This document shows positions 1 through 12,202 of a stretch of DNA of 64,000 nt, piece by piece. This DNA is from Lobosporangium transversale (taxonomy: Eukaryota): positions 496,001-560,000 of the forward strand of contig NW_019028994.1 in NCBI RefSeq assembly GCF_002105155.1. Direction: 5' to 3'. The translations under genes and the position numbers were made by a program. Each line of letters begins with the position of its first letter. The stretch's first letter is position 1. Under the pieces are notes generated by a model that worked only from the letters and a program-made list of their open reading frames with translations, made no database searches and was not told where the DNA came from.

Positions 1-3000
1 AGCTGCGAGACTATGGCTTTACAGACCCACAGATCAAAGAACTGAAGATGAACCGGTCATTCATTCTGATCTGTGATGGATATGACGAGAGCATGCAGAC
101 CAATAACCTGTATGTAGCCAACCGGTTGAACCAGCCTGGAGAATGGAAGGCTCAGATGGTGATCAGCTGTCGCAGTGAGTATCTTGGATTGGACTATCGA
201 GATCGGTTCCAGCCTATGAGCCGTAATTACCAAGTAGATGTTGTATTGTTTCAAGAAGCTGTGATTGTGCCATTCTCTGAGGCTCAGATCGATGATTATA
301 TCGAACAATATGTCGATACCATAGACCCAATGTGGCAAGTGGAGGACTACCAACGAGCATTCCAGATGGTCCCTAGCCTACAAGACCTTGTGAAGAATCC
401 ATTCATGCTATCGATGTCGCTACAAGTACTACCACGGATGGTGGATCCAGATCAAGACATCTCCAATACCAAGATCAAGCGTGTCATACTGTATGATCAG
501 TTTGTTGAGCAGTGGCTCGAACGAGGCAAGAAGCGACTAGGTGAGACACTAAGGCCAGAAGACAGAAGGATGTTCCACAGACTACTGGATGGAGGATTTG
601 CACAGCATGGGATCAAGTATCTTACAGAGCTAGCTGTAGCGATCTATAAGTATCAAGATGGCAATCCAGTGGTGGAGTACTCATCGTACAATGACAAGGG
701 TACGTGGAAAGAAAAACACTTTAGCAAAGAGGATGGAAGGAACCTACTACGCGAGGCTTCCCCGCTGAACCGTACAGGCAGTCAGCATCGGTTCATTCAT
801 CGATCTATCCTGGAGTACAGTCTTGTACGAGCGATCTTTGAGCCACAGCTAGTAACGAATACTTCCGTAAAGGATGAGGAAACTAAGGTGGCAACTTCAA
901 CTTCTCGTCGACAGAGTATCAGTTCAGTGTTTAGCTTTGAAGGCATAGACATCAAGGAAGATGAACAAGGAATCGATGCAATCAAAGTTGATGAGATGTC
1001 GCCTTTAGTATGGAGGAGCTTTGTGGATGAACCATCTATCCTTCAGTTCCTAGAGGATCGCGTTCAACTTGAGGGAGTGTTCAGACAGCAGCTGCACATG
1101 TATGTGGAGCTCTCGAAGAGCGATAGCAAGTGGCGAATAGCAGCAGCCAATGCGATGACAATCTTGGTTCGAGCAGGCGAGTCATTCAACGAAGCAGACT
1201 TGCGAGGTATCCAGATTCCAGGAGCAGATCTCAGTCGCGGTCTTTTTGAGTATGCTCAACTCCAAGGAGCAGATCTGAGGAAAGCTAAATTACAGAGCTG
1301 TTGGCTTCGCGGAGCAGACCTAAGTGGAGCAAAGATGGCAGGAGTACAGTTCGGAGAATGGCCGCACCTTAAAGTCAATGGCGAGTTAACAAGAGGGTCA
1401 TATTCACCTGATGGGAAGACACTATCTGCAGCTATCAGAGATGAATTACGCAGATATTCAATTACGGTGTATGATACATCAACATGGGAGGAGCTTTGGA
1501 CTCTGGAGGATAATAGACTCTGCGAATGTTTTATATACTCGCCTGACAGCCGATATATCGCCTCCTGGAGTTATTATGGTGATACTGTTTTGGTTTGGGA
1601 TATGACGTCAGGAGTATTGATTCACAAGTTGATAGACCATGGACAGGAAATTAGACGTGTAGTATACTCGCCAAGCGGAGATCATCTTGCTTCAGCAGGT
1701 AAAGATGGGCCAGTGCGAGTGTGGGACACCCATTTAGGCATACTCATACACAGATTAGAGGGCCATACCGATGCTGTGGCAAGTTTGGCATATTCGCCAG
1801 ATGGGAAGCAAGTTGCAGCTGGTAGCAAGGATGGAATATTACGAGTGTGGGATGCAGCATCAAGGCAGCAGATACTGATACTCGAGGTTCAGCAGATTGT
1901 GTATTCACCTAATAGCCAGGAAATCATTTCTCGCTGTTACGATGATTGCTCCCTGCATGTGTGGGATGTTGCATCTGGTCAAAAAAGAATGGTCTTGACG
2001 CATGATGACCGTGTGAGAGACATTCAGTATTCACCTAAAGGGAGATTCGCTGCTTCATTCACCGAGCAGAAAGTATATCAGTGGGATACGCAAACAGGGA
2101 AACTTATCCATATCTTTGAAGGATCTACTTATTATATCGCCAACCTTAAGTATTCACCAAATGGGGAGCAAATAGCCACTTGCGACTATGACCACACAGT
2201 ACGGGTTTGGAATGCAAGGTCAGGACAACTCATGAATACCTTCTATGGCCGCGCTGTGGTATTTAAGGTGGCATACTCACCAAACAGCCATCAGATTGCA
2301 TCCTTTGACGAATGTGATACAATATGCCTGTGGGATGCACGCTCACAGCAATCTAGTCATGACTCGTATGGTACTTTGGGACCGATCCGTGGCATTAGGG
2401 TCTCACCGGATGGAAATCAGATAGCTTCACGCAGTGATTATGATGGGACAGTGCGTATGTGGGATGCATGGACAGGGCAGTCCATTCATGTTTTACAGAG
2501 AAGTGATGGATATGCATCCGATATAATGTATTCACCCGATGGTCTGTTGCTTGCTTCGCGCCGTCATGATTCCCCATGGGTCTACCTTTGGGATACTCGA
2601 ACAGGTCAAGCCGTCCATTATTTGGGACTTCAAAGCGAACAAGGCGATGAGACCTGCGGGGATTTTGACTTCTCGCCTATTGGGGATCAGATTGCCTGTG
2701 TCCATAAATCTGGAGATGTAACCATATGGGATACGCAAACAGGAGAACTCACCCATACTCAACAGAGTAATGATGGATATTTCCATTATGTGGCATTCTC
2801 GCCCAATGGCCGCCAGATCGCTTTGTGTAAATCAGGCGGCGTTCTCATGGTCTTGTCTATTGAATCGTGGAGCCTTCAGTATGAAGTAGAATCTGAAGGA
2901 TGTTACCCTTTTATTAGATACTCGCCTGACAGTCGTAAGATCGTGTTCTACGACGGAATTATGGAACACCTGCAAGTACTGAACGCAGAAACAGGTGAAC

Positions 3001-3767
3001 GCTGTTACATAGTGCAGAGTGAGGAACGTGCAGTATTTTCACCATTGGCTTATATTTCAAGGATTGAAAGAGATAAAATCACAGTGATCGATTTGGAATC
3101 GGGAGCAGAACTGCATACGCTTGAAGGACATACCCAGGCTGTCGAGGAAGTATCTTATTCGCCTGGTGGGAAGTATATTGCCTCACGCAGTAAGGATGAA
3201 ACAGTGCGAGTATGGGATCCAGAGACAGGTCATTGTTTAGTTGAAATTCTACCTGAAGGTGGAGAAGTTCAGGCGTTTGCATGGAATACCTTCGAAGAAG
3301 ATTACTTTCTGATCACAGGATGTTGGGATGGTTCTATTCGGATGTGGCAGATTGTACAGAAGAACAATCAATATAAGTATCGCCTGAAATGGAGCACCAA
3401 CCAAACGAATCTCAATGCTCACAACATGTGTATTCAAGATGTGGTTGGATTGAGTGAGGTCAACAGTAAGCTCCTGGTGCAACGAGGAGCTATAGGCGAG
3501 CACTCCCTTCCATTGGTCATAGAGGAGGCATCTAAGCAAGCTGTAGTCACACCATTAATGACATCCGAGTCCAAGGCTCTCTCCAGTCAAGTAAACCATC
3601 GTCAAGGTCCAGTAGAGAGAGCCTCAGATGCAGTGGGTTTGAGAGAAAGAATGCGGTTGACTACAACAATAGCACCAAGTAGGTCGATCAAAGACTACCA
3701 GTTCAAATACAGCATGTGCAGTGAATGTAGTTTTGCACATGTCATTTCATGTAGACCTCGCGATTGA
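1..3767 (+). CDS. NLR-like NACHT / pentapeptide-repeat / WD40 protein, copy 1 (5'-truncated by window edge)
   Basis: Frame is open from the window start. It shows Walker B ILICDGYDE, pentapeptide repeats (ADLRG..ADLS..AQLQGADLR) and many WD40 repeats (LEGHT..YSPDG..VRVWD). Highly similar to the copies at 16492-22597 and 24597-30759. Confidence 0.92.
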   Translation, partial: LRDYGFTDPQIKELKMNRSFILICDGYDESMQTNNLYVANRLNQPGEWKAQMVISCRSEYLGLDYRDRFQPMSRNYQVDVVLFQEAVIVPFSEAQIDDYIEQYVDTIDPMWQVEDYQRAFQMVPSLQDLVKNPFMLSMSLQVLPRMVDPDQDISNTKIKRVILYDQFVEQWLERGKKRLGETLRPEDRRMFHRLLDGGFAQHGIKYLTELAVAIYKYQDGNPVVEYSSYNDKGTWKEKHFSKEDGRNLLREASPLNRTGSQHRFIHRSILEYSLVRAIFEPQLVTNTSVKDEETKVATSTSRRQSISSVFSFEGIDIKEDEQGIDAIKVDEMSPLVWRSFVDEPSILQFLEDRVQLEGVFRQQLHMYVELSKSDSKWRIAAANAMTILVRAGESFNEADLRGIQIPGADLSRGLFEYAQLQGADLRKAKLQSCWLRGADLSGAKMAGVQFGEWPHLKVNGELTRGSYSPDGKTLSAAIRDELRRYSITVYDTSTWEELWTLEDNRLCECFIYSPDSRYIASWSYYGDTVLVWDMTSGVLIHKLIDHGQEIRRVVYSPSGDHLASAGKDGPVRVWDTHLGILIHRLEGHTDAVASLAYSPDGKQVAAGSKDGILRVWDAASRQQILILEVQQIVYSPNSQEIISRCYDDCSLHVWDVASGQKRMVLTHDDRVRDIQYSPKGRFAASFTEQKVYQWDTQTGKLIHIFEGSTYYIANLKYSPNGEQIATCDYDHTVRVWNARSGQLMNTFYGRAVVFKVAYSPNSHQIASFDECDTICLWDARSQQSSHDSYGTLGPIRGIRVSPDGNQIASRSDYDGTVRMWDAWTGQSIHVLQRSDGYASDIMYSPDGLLLASRRHDSPWVYLWDTRTGQAVHYLGLQSEQGDETCGDFDFSPIGDQIACVHKSGDVTIWDTQTGELTHTQQSNDGYFHYVAFSPNGRQIALCKSGGVLMVLSIESWSLQYEVESEGCYPFIRYSPDSRKIVFYDGIMEHLQVLNAETGERCYIVQSEERAVFSPLAYISRIERDKITVIDLESGAELHTLEGHTQAVEEVSYSPGGKYIASRSKDETVRVWDPETGHCLVEILPEGGEVQAFAWNTFEEDYFLITGCWDGSIRMWQIVQKNNQYKYRLKWSTNQTNLNAHNMCIQDVVGLSEVNSKLLVQRGAIGEHSLPLVIEEASKQAVVTPLMTSESKALSSQVNHRQGPVERASDAVGLRERMRLTTTIAPSRSIKDYQFKYSMCSECSFAHVISCRPRD

Positions 3768-4308
3768 ATAGATCAATAAGGACAGCATGAGTACTATGGT
3801 GAATAAATGCCAAAATAAAGGAATGTTTCCATCTTTTTTTGAATAAGAAAACACACCCAATACGTCCTGAATGGTGATTATTTGTTGTTCTAAAAAAAAA
3901 AAAAAAAAAAAAAAAGTAGCAACTATGATGGTAATCTCGATCTGTGATAAAAGGCGACATGAAAGATTTGTGATACTGGCGTTGTCTTCTAGAACAAGGC
4001 TGATTGATTCGAGACAAAATATGACTTTAGGACATTTCATTTGATGGCAACTATCTTTGTTGTTTAGAGACAGCTTCTTGTGCCAAAGTGGACAGTAAAT
4101 TGTAATAAAAACATTTTCTTTAGCCTCTTTCTCTCTTTCTTTTTTATTTAATTTTTATTTTATTTTAGTTTTTTTTTAAAAATGTCTACTAAAACGTTAA
4201 AAAAAAAAAAAGCATGCTCATTAATGGAGTAACCTCCAAACGCGTTTTATTTTTTTTATGTATATTTTTTTTTTTTTTTTTTTTTTTTTCTCCTTAGGTT
4301 TATATTAT

Positions 4309-6710
4309 TCAGCTATGCCATCCCCATCCTTGAGCTGGATTGCCTTGGACAATAGGAGCCGAGATATTCCGCTTCAAGTCTTCTTCTCTTTGCTTCTTCA
4401 GACTCTTGTTGCGATATTTTCTCACCACCAGCATCGCAATACCAACATAGGCAGCTGTTGCCAATCCAACAAATGCTCCAATGATCGCTCCATTCGATAC
4501 TCCTGACTTTGTATCGTTTCCAGGCGTGACTGCATTAGGATCCCCTGATCCATATTCACCTCCTGCCAATGGGTTACCATGGCTACCGTTTCCATTGCCA
4601 CCTCCATTGCCACCATTACCGGTTCCGCCACCTCCACCACCGTTCCTTGAATTATTATTACTATTATTATTACTGCTGTTATCCGATGGTGGGTTCTTGC
4701 TCAGAGGGAACGATGGATCCACATACTGTCCAAAACTATCCTCACTTGGCTTATACAACTCACTTCCTTCATCCTTTACCATGGTACTCAAGGCCCAATA
4801 GCTTGATCTTGGGATTGCAATTGTTGCCAAGATAGAGTCATCCACATTATCAGAGGTCACGATATCGCGTTTCCTTCGATTGCCGCTGTTGTTGTTGTTG
4901 TTGTTGTTGTTGCTATTTGTTTGTGACCCATCTCGGATGGCAAGCACTAGGATCCGGTCACTCTCCACATGAAGCAATCGGCTCAGTTGTGCAGGAATGA
5001 ATGAAACCAATTGAGCTGCGAGGACACCATTGTTGATCACTTGGTAATAGGACACATGTTTGAATCGCAGCTGGACATTGAAAGAGTCCTTGGGGATTTC
5101 AGGATCCAAGTTGGGGATCACCACATCAGGAAGGGATGTGCCAGGTGAAGGGATCTCTGTTTCCTTTGGTGGAGCTACAGGCTCAATGGTGGTAGGTAAC
5201 CAAGGGGTTGTTGTCTTGGTAGGTCTTCGGCGTATTGTCGTAGTGGTGCTATCCGTGGTTGTCGTTGTTGTTGTGGTAGTAGTAGTGGTAGTGGTAGTGG
5301 TAGTGGTAGTTGTGGTTGTTGGAATTGGGATTGAAGTGATAGTTGTCACAGATCTGGCGTTGGTCCTAGTCGGGGTCACAGTAGGAGACGAAGGAGAGGT
5401 CTCTGAGTTGGTGGCAGAACTAGATTCGGATGGAGATGACGTTGGGGTGGGAACAGCCTCGGTATCGGTGGGACTGACGATGAGGGTGAGTGAGAGGGAA
5501 GGCAAAAGATCATCTAATGGTGTCGTAGGGCTCTCTATCGGGCTCGTATCCGTAGGTGATGGCATAACCTCATCACTCGGGCTTGGAACTTCAGGAGAAG
5601 GCGACTCTGGTGATGGTGACGCAGGAGACTCTGGCGATGGTGACGCAGGAGAGGGAGAGGGAGAGGGAGAGGGAGAGGGGGATTCAGACGATTCTTCTGG
5701 TGAAGGTGAAGATGAAGGTAATGATGAAGAGGTTGAGGGAGAGGGAGCCAATGGGAGAGTAACATCGATGATTCCAACAGGCAATGTGATTCCTGGGTCA
5801 GGGCTTGGGCTCTTTCGAGCTGGGATAGCAGTTATAGAGGCCGTGTGGGAAAGAGTGGATGTTGGAGTAGGCTTATCATCATCATGATCTTTTATGGTAG
5901 TCGTTCTGGCTCTGGTTCTGGTTCTGGTCCGAGGAGACTGAGTCTTCCTTGGCCTGCGTCTAGAAGAAGTTGTGGTAACGATGGCGGTGGTAGTTGTAGG
6001 GCGGCGAGTCCTGGTTCTTGATCGCGAAGTGGTCTTTTCAGGCTTCTTTGAGTCGGGATCGTCAAGTGGATCAAGGTCGATATCAAGGGGCAATTCAAGG
6101 CCTCGAGCAGCGATTCTGCCATGTGCGAGATGGTCAGCGACGGCCTATTGGAATAAGAAGGACAGGGCATGAGAGGGGTAATTGTTAGAAATGATATTTA
6201 AAAAAAAGTTTTTGTGAAGTAAAATTATGCGCTTTGATAATATGCAAATTCAATTCAAATGAAGGTGTGGAGGGTGATATTTGGATGGATTCAATTTAAA
6301 TGAGATCCGAAATATCAATTGGGTGGGTACATTCATTAATCGATGTCCTCATCCCACAAGATTGGAAAGGTTGGGGGCCATTCATTCATTCATTTGTCCA
6401 TATAAAGCAAGATATTGTATTTGTGTATTTTCACTGTAGGAAAGTGAAGAGAGCAAAGGGCAATCTATATACCTTTGGACAGCATCATATCTTATCCAAA
6501 ATAAACTACAATCTACTACTACAATCTAAGCCGACAGTTTTTTTTTTAATTTGTTTTTTTTTTTTTTTAAAAAAAAGAAAAAGAGAAGGGGACAAGGGAA
6601 AAACTTACCATTGCAGAAGAGGTTTCAAGATCAGGAGCAGTAACGGCAGCAGCATTGACGAGAGCCATCACTGCAGTGAGGCCGAGTAGCCAAGGTGTCA
6701 GTACACGCAT
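4309..6710 (-). CDS. Msb2/Hkr1-like signalling mucin (signal peptide, S/T/P-rich ectodomain, conserved juxtamembrane domain, single TM, short tail); exons 6710-6609, 6144-4309
   Basis: Exon 1 MRVLTPWLLGLTAVMALVNAAA is a signal peptide ending at a GTAAGT donor. The CAATAG acceptor joins in phase 0 to the 594-aa ORF. TM segment GAIIGAFVGLATAAYVGIAMLVV is followed by RKYR, and there is an RRKR dibasic site. Confidence 0.8.
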
Positions 6711-8943
6711 GGTTATTTTAACAGATGAAGCGTTCTGATTGGCTGAACTGTCTAATCTTTTATGCGTTAATATCGCTCTTCTTTTTTATCTTTTCTTTCG
6801 TTTTGCCGGTGCTAAAAAGTATTCAGGGCAGAAGAGGAAAGAGAGCTTCTTGGTCAGATTCATGCATTCATGGGAGAATAAGAATGTTAAGAATGATAGG
6901 ATAACGACGAATTAAAAGATCAAGTTTGAATGTCAAGGAGAGTCAAGTTGTGGATATGCAAGGGCGAGATGGATTTGATAAGCCCAATTGAAAGGAGGGG
7001 GGGGAAATATTCGCGTAATAACGGTCCCATTGACCAAAAAAAAAAATTCATCAAGAATTGACTGAATTACATGAGATCAGAGCAATGTCACAGGAGTATA
7101 GGCTGAGAAGAGAGAAAGGAAGAGAGAAAAAGGTGAAGGAGAAGGAGAAAGGGGAAAAGGAGGGGGTCGTTACAGGGTGGGAATGAATTAGGAATTCAAA
7201 GCACCGAGAAGGAATGGAAAGGAAAGGGAAGGGGGATTGTCTCAGGAGTGTGAGAGAGTGAAAGAGTGAGTAAGTGAGAGATGAGAAGGGGGAGGAGTGG
7301 AAAAAGGGGGGGATGGAGAGAAAGGGGAATGGAATGGCACCCGATGGCCAGGTTGTCAAAGAGATTGATTGAGAAAGAGAGAGAGAGAGAAAGAGACACG
7401 AAGGAGAAGATTAGAAGAAAGAGAAAGAGAAAAGAGAAGAGAGAGAGAGAGAGAGAGAGAAAGGAATGAGCATTGGGACCATTGGGACCATTGACCTGTT
7501 CCTGATATTACCAGATGGAAGACATTATTCACCAACACACACACACACACACAAAATTCCCATTGATTGCATGCAAAAGCATTTATTTACTCCATGTCAT
7601 GTCCATCCATGTCCATGTTCATGTCTCCCATGGGCCCATGGGATGGATATACAACATCGTCTTGTTTACCCCAACGCAGTAACACTGTGGAAAGGTAGCC
7701 GTGGCAACAATGAAATCTCATTTCAACCTTAAAATAAAATAAAATAAAATAAAATAAAAACGAAAAAAATGAGAGCAAAAGAGTATTTTTATTTTATATA
7801 TTTTTGGGCGCATTGAAATAAGAAAAAGAAAAAAAACTCTTTTCTTTTCTTTTCTTTTCTTTTCTATTTCTTTTCTATTTCTTTTCTATTTCTTTTCTTT
7901 TCTCTTCTTTTTCTTTTTTTTATTTTCTACATCTCTAATAATCAAGGGGAAACAATGAACAGTTCAAGAAGAGATAATAGCGAAAGGATATCTTCTTTGT
8001 CTTTTTACAGACCTGTTCATCTTCATTCACTACATTCTTGACACACGCACTGATAACCAGCTCGCATTGGGCCGTCTTTTTACGGCGATATAAAAAATAA
8101 AAAAAGAGAGCACTTTTATTTTACGGTGGCGGATCAAAGTAAAACGTTTTTTTTTTTTTTTGCTGAACCTGAACCTTGCCTACTTTTGGGGGCCATCTTT
8201 ATCATTCACGTATAATGTTATATATATTTATATTTATATTTATATATATATATACAGCAAATGAAAATCAAAATGAAATGCCATTGCCATTCATATTCAT
8301 ATTCAACTCGATCCTCTTCCCTTTTCCTTACAATCACTTTGTCAACAACTCGCTTGTCTCGGAAAGAGAAAAATAGAGCAGAAGAGACAAAAAAAAAAAG
8401 AGAGATAGAAAGAGCGGATGAATACAAATAAAAGACTTGAATGCACGCGAAACATTACAGATTACGCATTTATATTTATATTTATATTTATTTTTGCTTG
8501 TGTACAAAGAGTCTAAGGCGCCATCTCCGGAAAATAACGCCACTTTTTTTTATTTGCTTTTTGATCACTTTCACATTACAAAAAAGGGTTCTTTGTCTAG
8601 AACGTGTTTTCTGTCGATGTAAAGGTAAGCAGTATCCAATATCCAGCACCGAGCTGGGCTGGGGGGTAAAGAGGCTGAGGGAAGGGAGAGCGGCGGGAGG
8701 AGTGAGGGGAGAGGAGAGGGTACCCTAAAATGGGCGCGTATGGTCCAGCCATTTCGATAAAATGTACAGATACATGTTTATGAATATGTATTGAGTATTT
8801 ACATGGATAAAAAGGATAATTGAGAGCATTCAACAGAAATTGCAATCAAACGGCTTCTGTATGTCTCGCGTCGTATTTCTAAGCAGAAGCATATCGAATC
8901 TCTCCCAGGCTGTACACACATGTACATGTACTCTGCACATCCC

Positions 8944-9207
8944 GTCTGTCTGTCTGTCCATCTGTCTATCTGTCCATTACTTTGTCTGATATCTCTATCT
9001 ATCTGTCTGTCTATCTGTCTGTCCATCTGTCTGCCTGTCTGCCTGTCTGCCTGTCTGTCTGTCTGTCTGTCCATCTGTCTGCCTGTCTGCCTGTCTGCCT
9101 GTCTGTCTGTCTGTCTGTCCATCTGTCTGCCTGTCTGCCTGTCTGCCTGTCTGTCTGTCTGTCTGTCTATCTGTCTGTCTGTATGTCTGCCTGCCTGTCT
9201 GTCTGCT
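8944..9207. repeat. (CTGT/CTGC/CTAT/CCAT)n compound tetranucleotide microsatellite
   Basis: Directly visible; explains the spurious CLSV/RQTD ORFs. Confidence 0.95.
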
Positions 9208-9450
9208 CGATATCAAAAAAGAACAAAAATGAATGGCTTTTTTTTAATAAAACGCTATAGACCTATAGAACGTGCAAAAATATACCGCGGAGAATGCAAG
9301 GGAAAAAAAAGACTCATTTCAATCGGGTAAAAAAAAAATAAAAAAAAAAAGCTATGATAATCCAATCCACAGTCGACTTTGTTTGGTTCTTTTTTTTTTT
9401 TTTTTTTTTTTTATCTCTCCATTCTCCATCGGGACCATGCATGGCATGGC

Positions 9451-9484
<34 letters not shown>

Positions 9485-10271
9485 CCTATTTTTATACACC
9501 CTTTTAGCATTCTTGCTTAGGAAATGAATTAAAGCAGTAAAAACCTATTGGACCAAATCCTCTTTTCCTTCTCTCTCTCCTTCTCCTCTCTTCTCTCTCT
9601 CTCTTCTCTCTCTCTCTCTCTCTCAATAGTTGTATGTATTAACAACTTGCAACTTTTTTTTTTTCTTTTTCTTGTCTCGCTTCATCGTTTTTATCTTTTA
9701 CTCAACTTGCGACTGATTTACTTTCCAGGCTCACATTGATTCATTTATATAGATATAATATATATGTTATACGATAACTAACTTTCAGAATAAATATAAT
9801 ATTGCCAGAAATCACTTGAGTTTGAATCGTATGAAGAACAACTTTTTGTGGTGATATATATTATATATTTATATGTATCTCTTTGAAGTTGGACGCTTGC
9901 AAGTTGCAGCTATTGCAATCTTAGGGATAGAGAGACCCTTGTAAGAAAAGGAAAAAAAAAAAAAAAAAAACAAATACGCACAGCTGAATTAACATTAATA
10001 TGTAAAAAAAAAAAGATCAAGTTGAAACTCAATGGCTCCGTGCCTCCTGGACTTGGTGGCGGAATCTACACGTGATCATATCTCCACATCACAATCCAAC
10101 CCTACTTTCTACTTTCTACTCTCTACTCTCTACATTGCATCTTTCTTTTTTACAACCCTAAGAAAAAAAAAAAAATATTTAATGAATATCTGATTAACAG
10201 ATATATTATATGGAGCAGATCAGGACGATTAATGACCAACAACAACATGACATGTTCTACACTAAAAACGA

Positions 10272-10304
<33 letters not shown>

Positions 10305-10419
10305 GTTTTTATTTCATTAAATGCTTTATATGTTTTCTTTTTTCTTTTCTTTTCTTCCATAAGAAAGAAAGAAAAGAAAGAAAAAAAAAAAAAAAAAAAA
10401 AAGGTGAGGCGTCTTGCTT

Positions 10420-11836
10420 TTAGTGGGCACGACGAGACTCGGCAATGACATTGGTCATCTCCTCGACCTTTTTCTTGGCACGGAGGAAAGTTCCAAGCTA
10501 TTATTCGTGAAGAAAATAACATTTAATGAAATGAAGAGAAAAGAAAGGGGACAAGAGGTTAGCGACTAGTGCATCTTTTTTTTTTTTTTTTCTTTTTCCT
10601 TTTTCAAAAAAGAAAAAAAAAAAAAAAAAAAAAAGGCTCCAAAATAATCTCAGTTTGTCGTAGAATAGTAGCTAATAACTTGTTGTTGGTATTGTTGTTG
10701 TTGCTTAGTTTGTCGCTTTGTTGCTTTATAAAGTTGTTTGCAACATTGCAACAACATACATTCCAGATCCTTTCAATGACAGTTTTATCCAAGCTGAGAA
10801 CTGCTCCTCTCCCATGAAGAAGATCATGAAGACAAAATAAATAAATAAATAAATAAATCCATGCTCTCGCTCCTATGATCCACCTGCGTCTTATTATCGA
10901 TTCAATTGATCGACAGTGATCAAAAAGGTGATTGATTGGTATAAAGAATATACAAATAAAAAGAGTGAAAGTTGAATGCTGTCGAGAGTTCCTAGTCCAT
11001 ATTGTTTTTTCCTTTTCTTTTTGCATCATTTGAATATCGTCGAACAAAAAAATAATGAAGAAAAACGTTGGGAAGTTGCTGATTTCCAATTGATGGAGTA
11101 TTTAAAAAACTGTACACTGTTCAGAATAATAATATACAATCGAATAATAATAATAATAAAAAAAAGTCGCCCTTGATTGACGCATAGTAAAAAGTAGGGG
11201 GAAAAAAAAAAGAGTCCTGTCAAATAACAAACTGGTGAATGAAAAACCAGACTGCTGGTGCTGTTGTCGTTAACTTTTAACTCCTCTTGTCCAACAAAAA
11301 AAAAAAGAGTAGACATTTGTTTGCTGCGTATAAAGAGCTGGTCTGTAATGACTCTTTCTTTCTTTTTTTTTCAATATATCCGGTTCTAATGCCCTGCTAT
11401 TGATCAGATGCATCCTGATGGAGTGTTCATGAAAAAAAAAAAGAGCTCCCTGTGATCCTGTTCATCCATTAATTGTTGTTTCGCTCTGCAAAATAAAAAA
11501 AAAAAAAAAAAAAAAAAAGGCCCCGTTTCTACTATCACTTTGGTTGCAGCCAAGTAGTCCTGTTTGCTTTTTTTTTTTTTGTTTGTTTGTTTGTTCGTTC
11601 GTTCGCTTGTTCGTTCGTTTAGTTGTTACGTACTCTCTTCTTAGCGAGCTTACGGGCACGCTTATCCTTGGAGTTCTTGATCAATTCCATGATGCGGCGC
11701 TCATAAGGAGCAAAGCCAGCGACCTCACGAATGATCGAGCGGACAAAAATGACACGCTTGCCAGCCTAACAATTCATCAGCATAAAAATGAATAAATCGG
11801 CGATGGGCGTCAATTAAGTGATTTCGGACATGATTT

Positions 11837-11867
<31 letters not shown>

Positions 11868-12202
11868 GAAAAGTCGTAATGACTGAAGACTGATTGATGT
11901 TGGGTTCGGAATGAATGCTGGTGGATGATGGTCATGTCCTGCTAATGATTTTTTTTTTTTTTTTTTTTTTTTTCCTGAGTCTTTTTCCATTTTTGTTAAT
12001 TTGTTGCTGTTGTTTTTTGGATATACTTTTTTCTGCAAGTCGATCCATCCATCGATCCCTTCTTCTTATATTATATTATATATCCACCCATCCAACTTAC
12101 AACACCCTTCTTGTAGGAGATGGGAGTCTTCAACTCACGAAGAGTGGTGATGTGTCCACGGTTCTGACCCGATCTGATTCCGGTTTTCTGGGTTGCGGCC
12201 AT
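10420..12202 (-). CDS. RPL36: 60S ribosomal protein L36 (eL36); exons 12202-12101, 11765-11634, 10497-10420; 103 aa
   Basis: Missing from the ORF track and assembled by hand: [103 protein letters not shown]. Introns are GT-AG and phase 0; [12 protein letters not shown] is the eL36 signature. Confidence 0.95.

Noticed and set aside
5060..5887. 275-aa Val/Gly-rich + strand ORF
   Set aside because: Antisense shadow of the Thr/Ser/Pro-rich mucin.
8799..9330. Repetitive ORFs RQTD/CLSV; possible CRISPR-like array
   Set aside because: Simple tetranucleotide microsatellite with no spacers, in a eukaryotic context.
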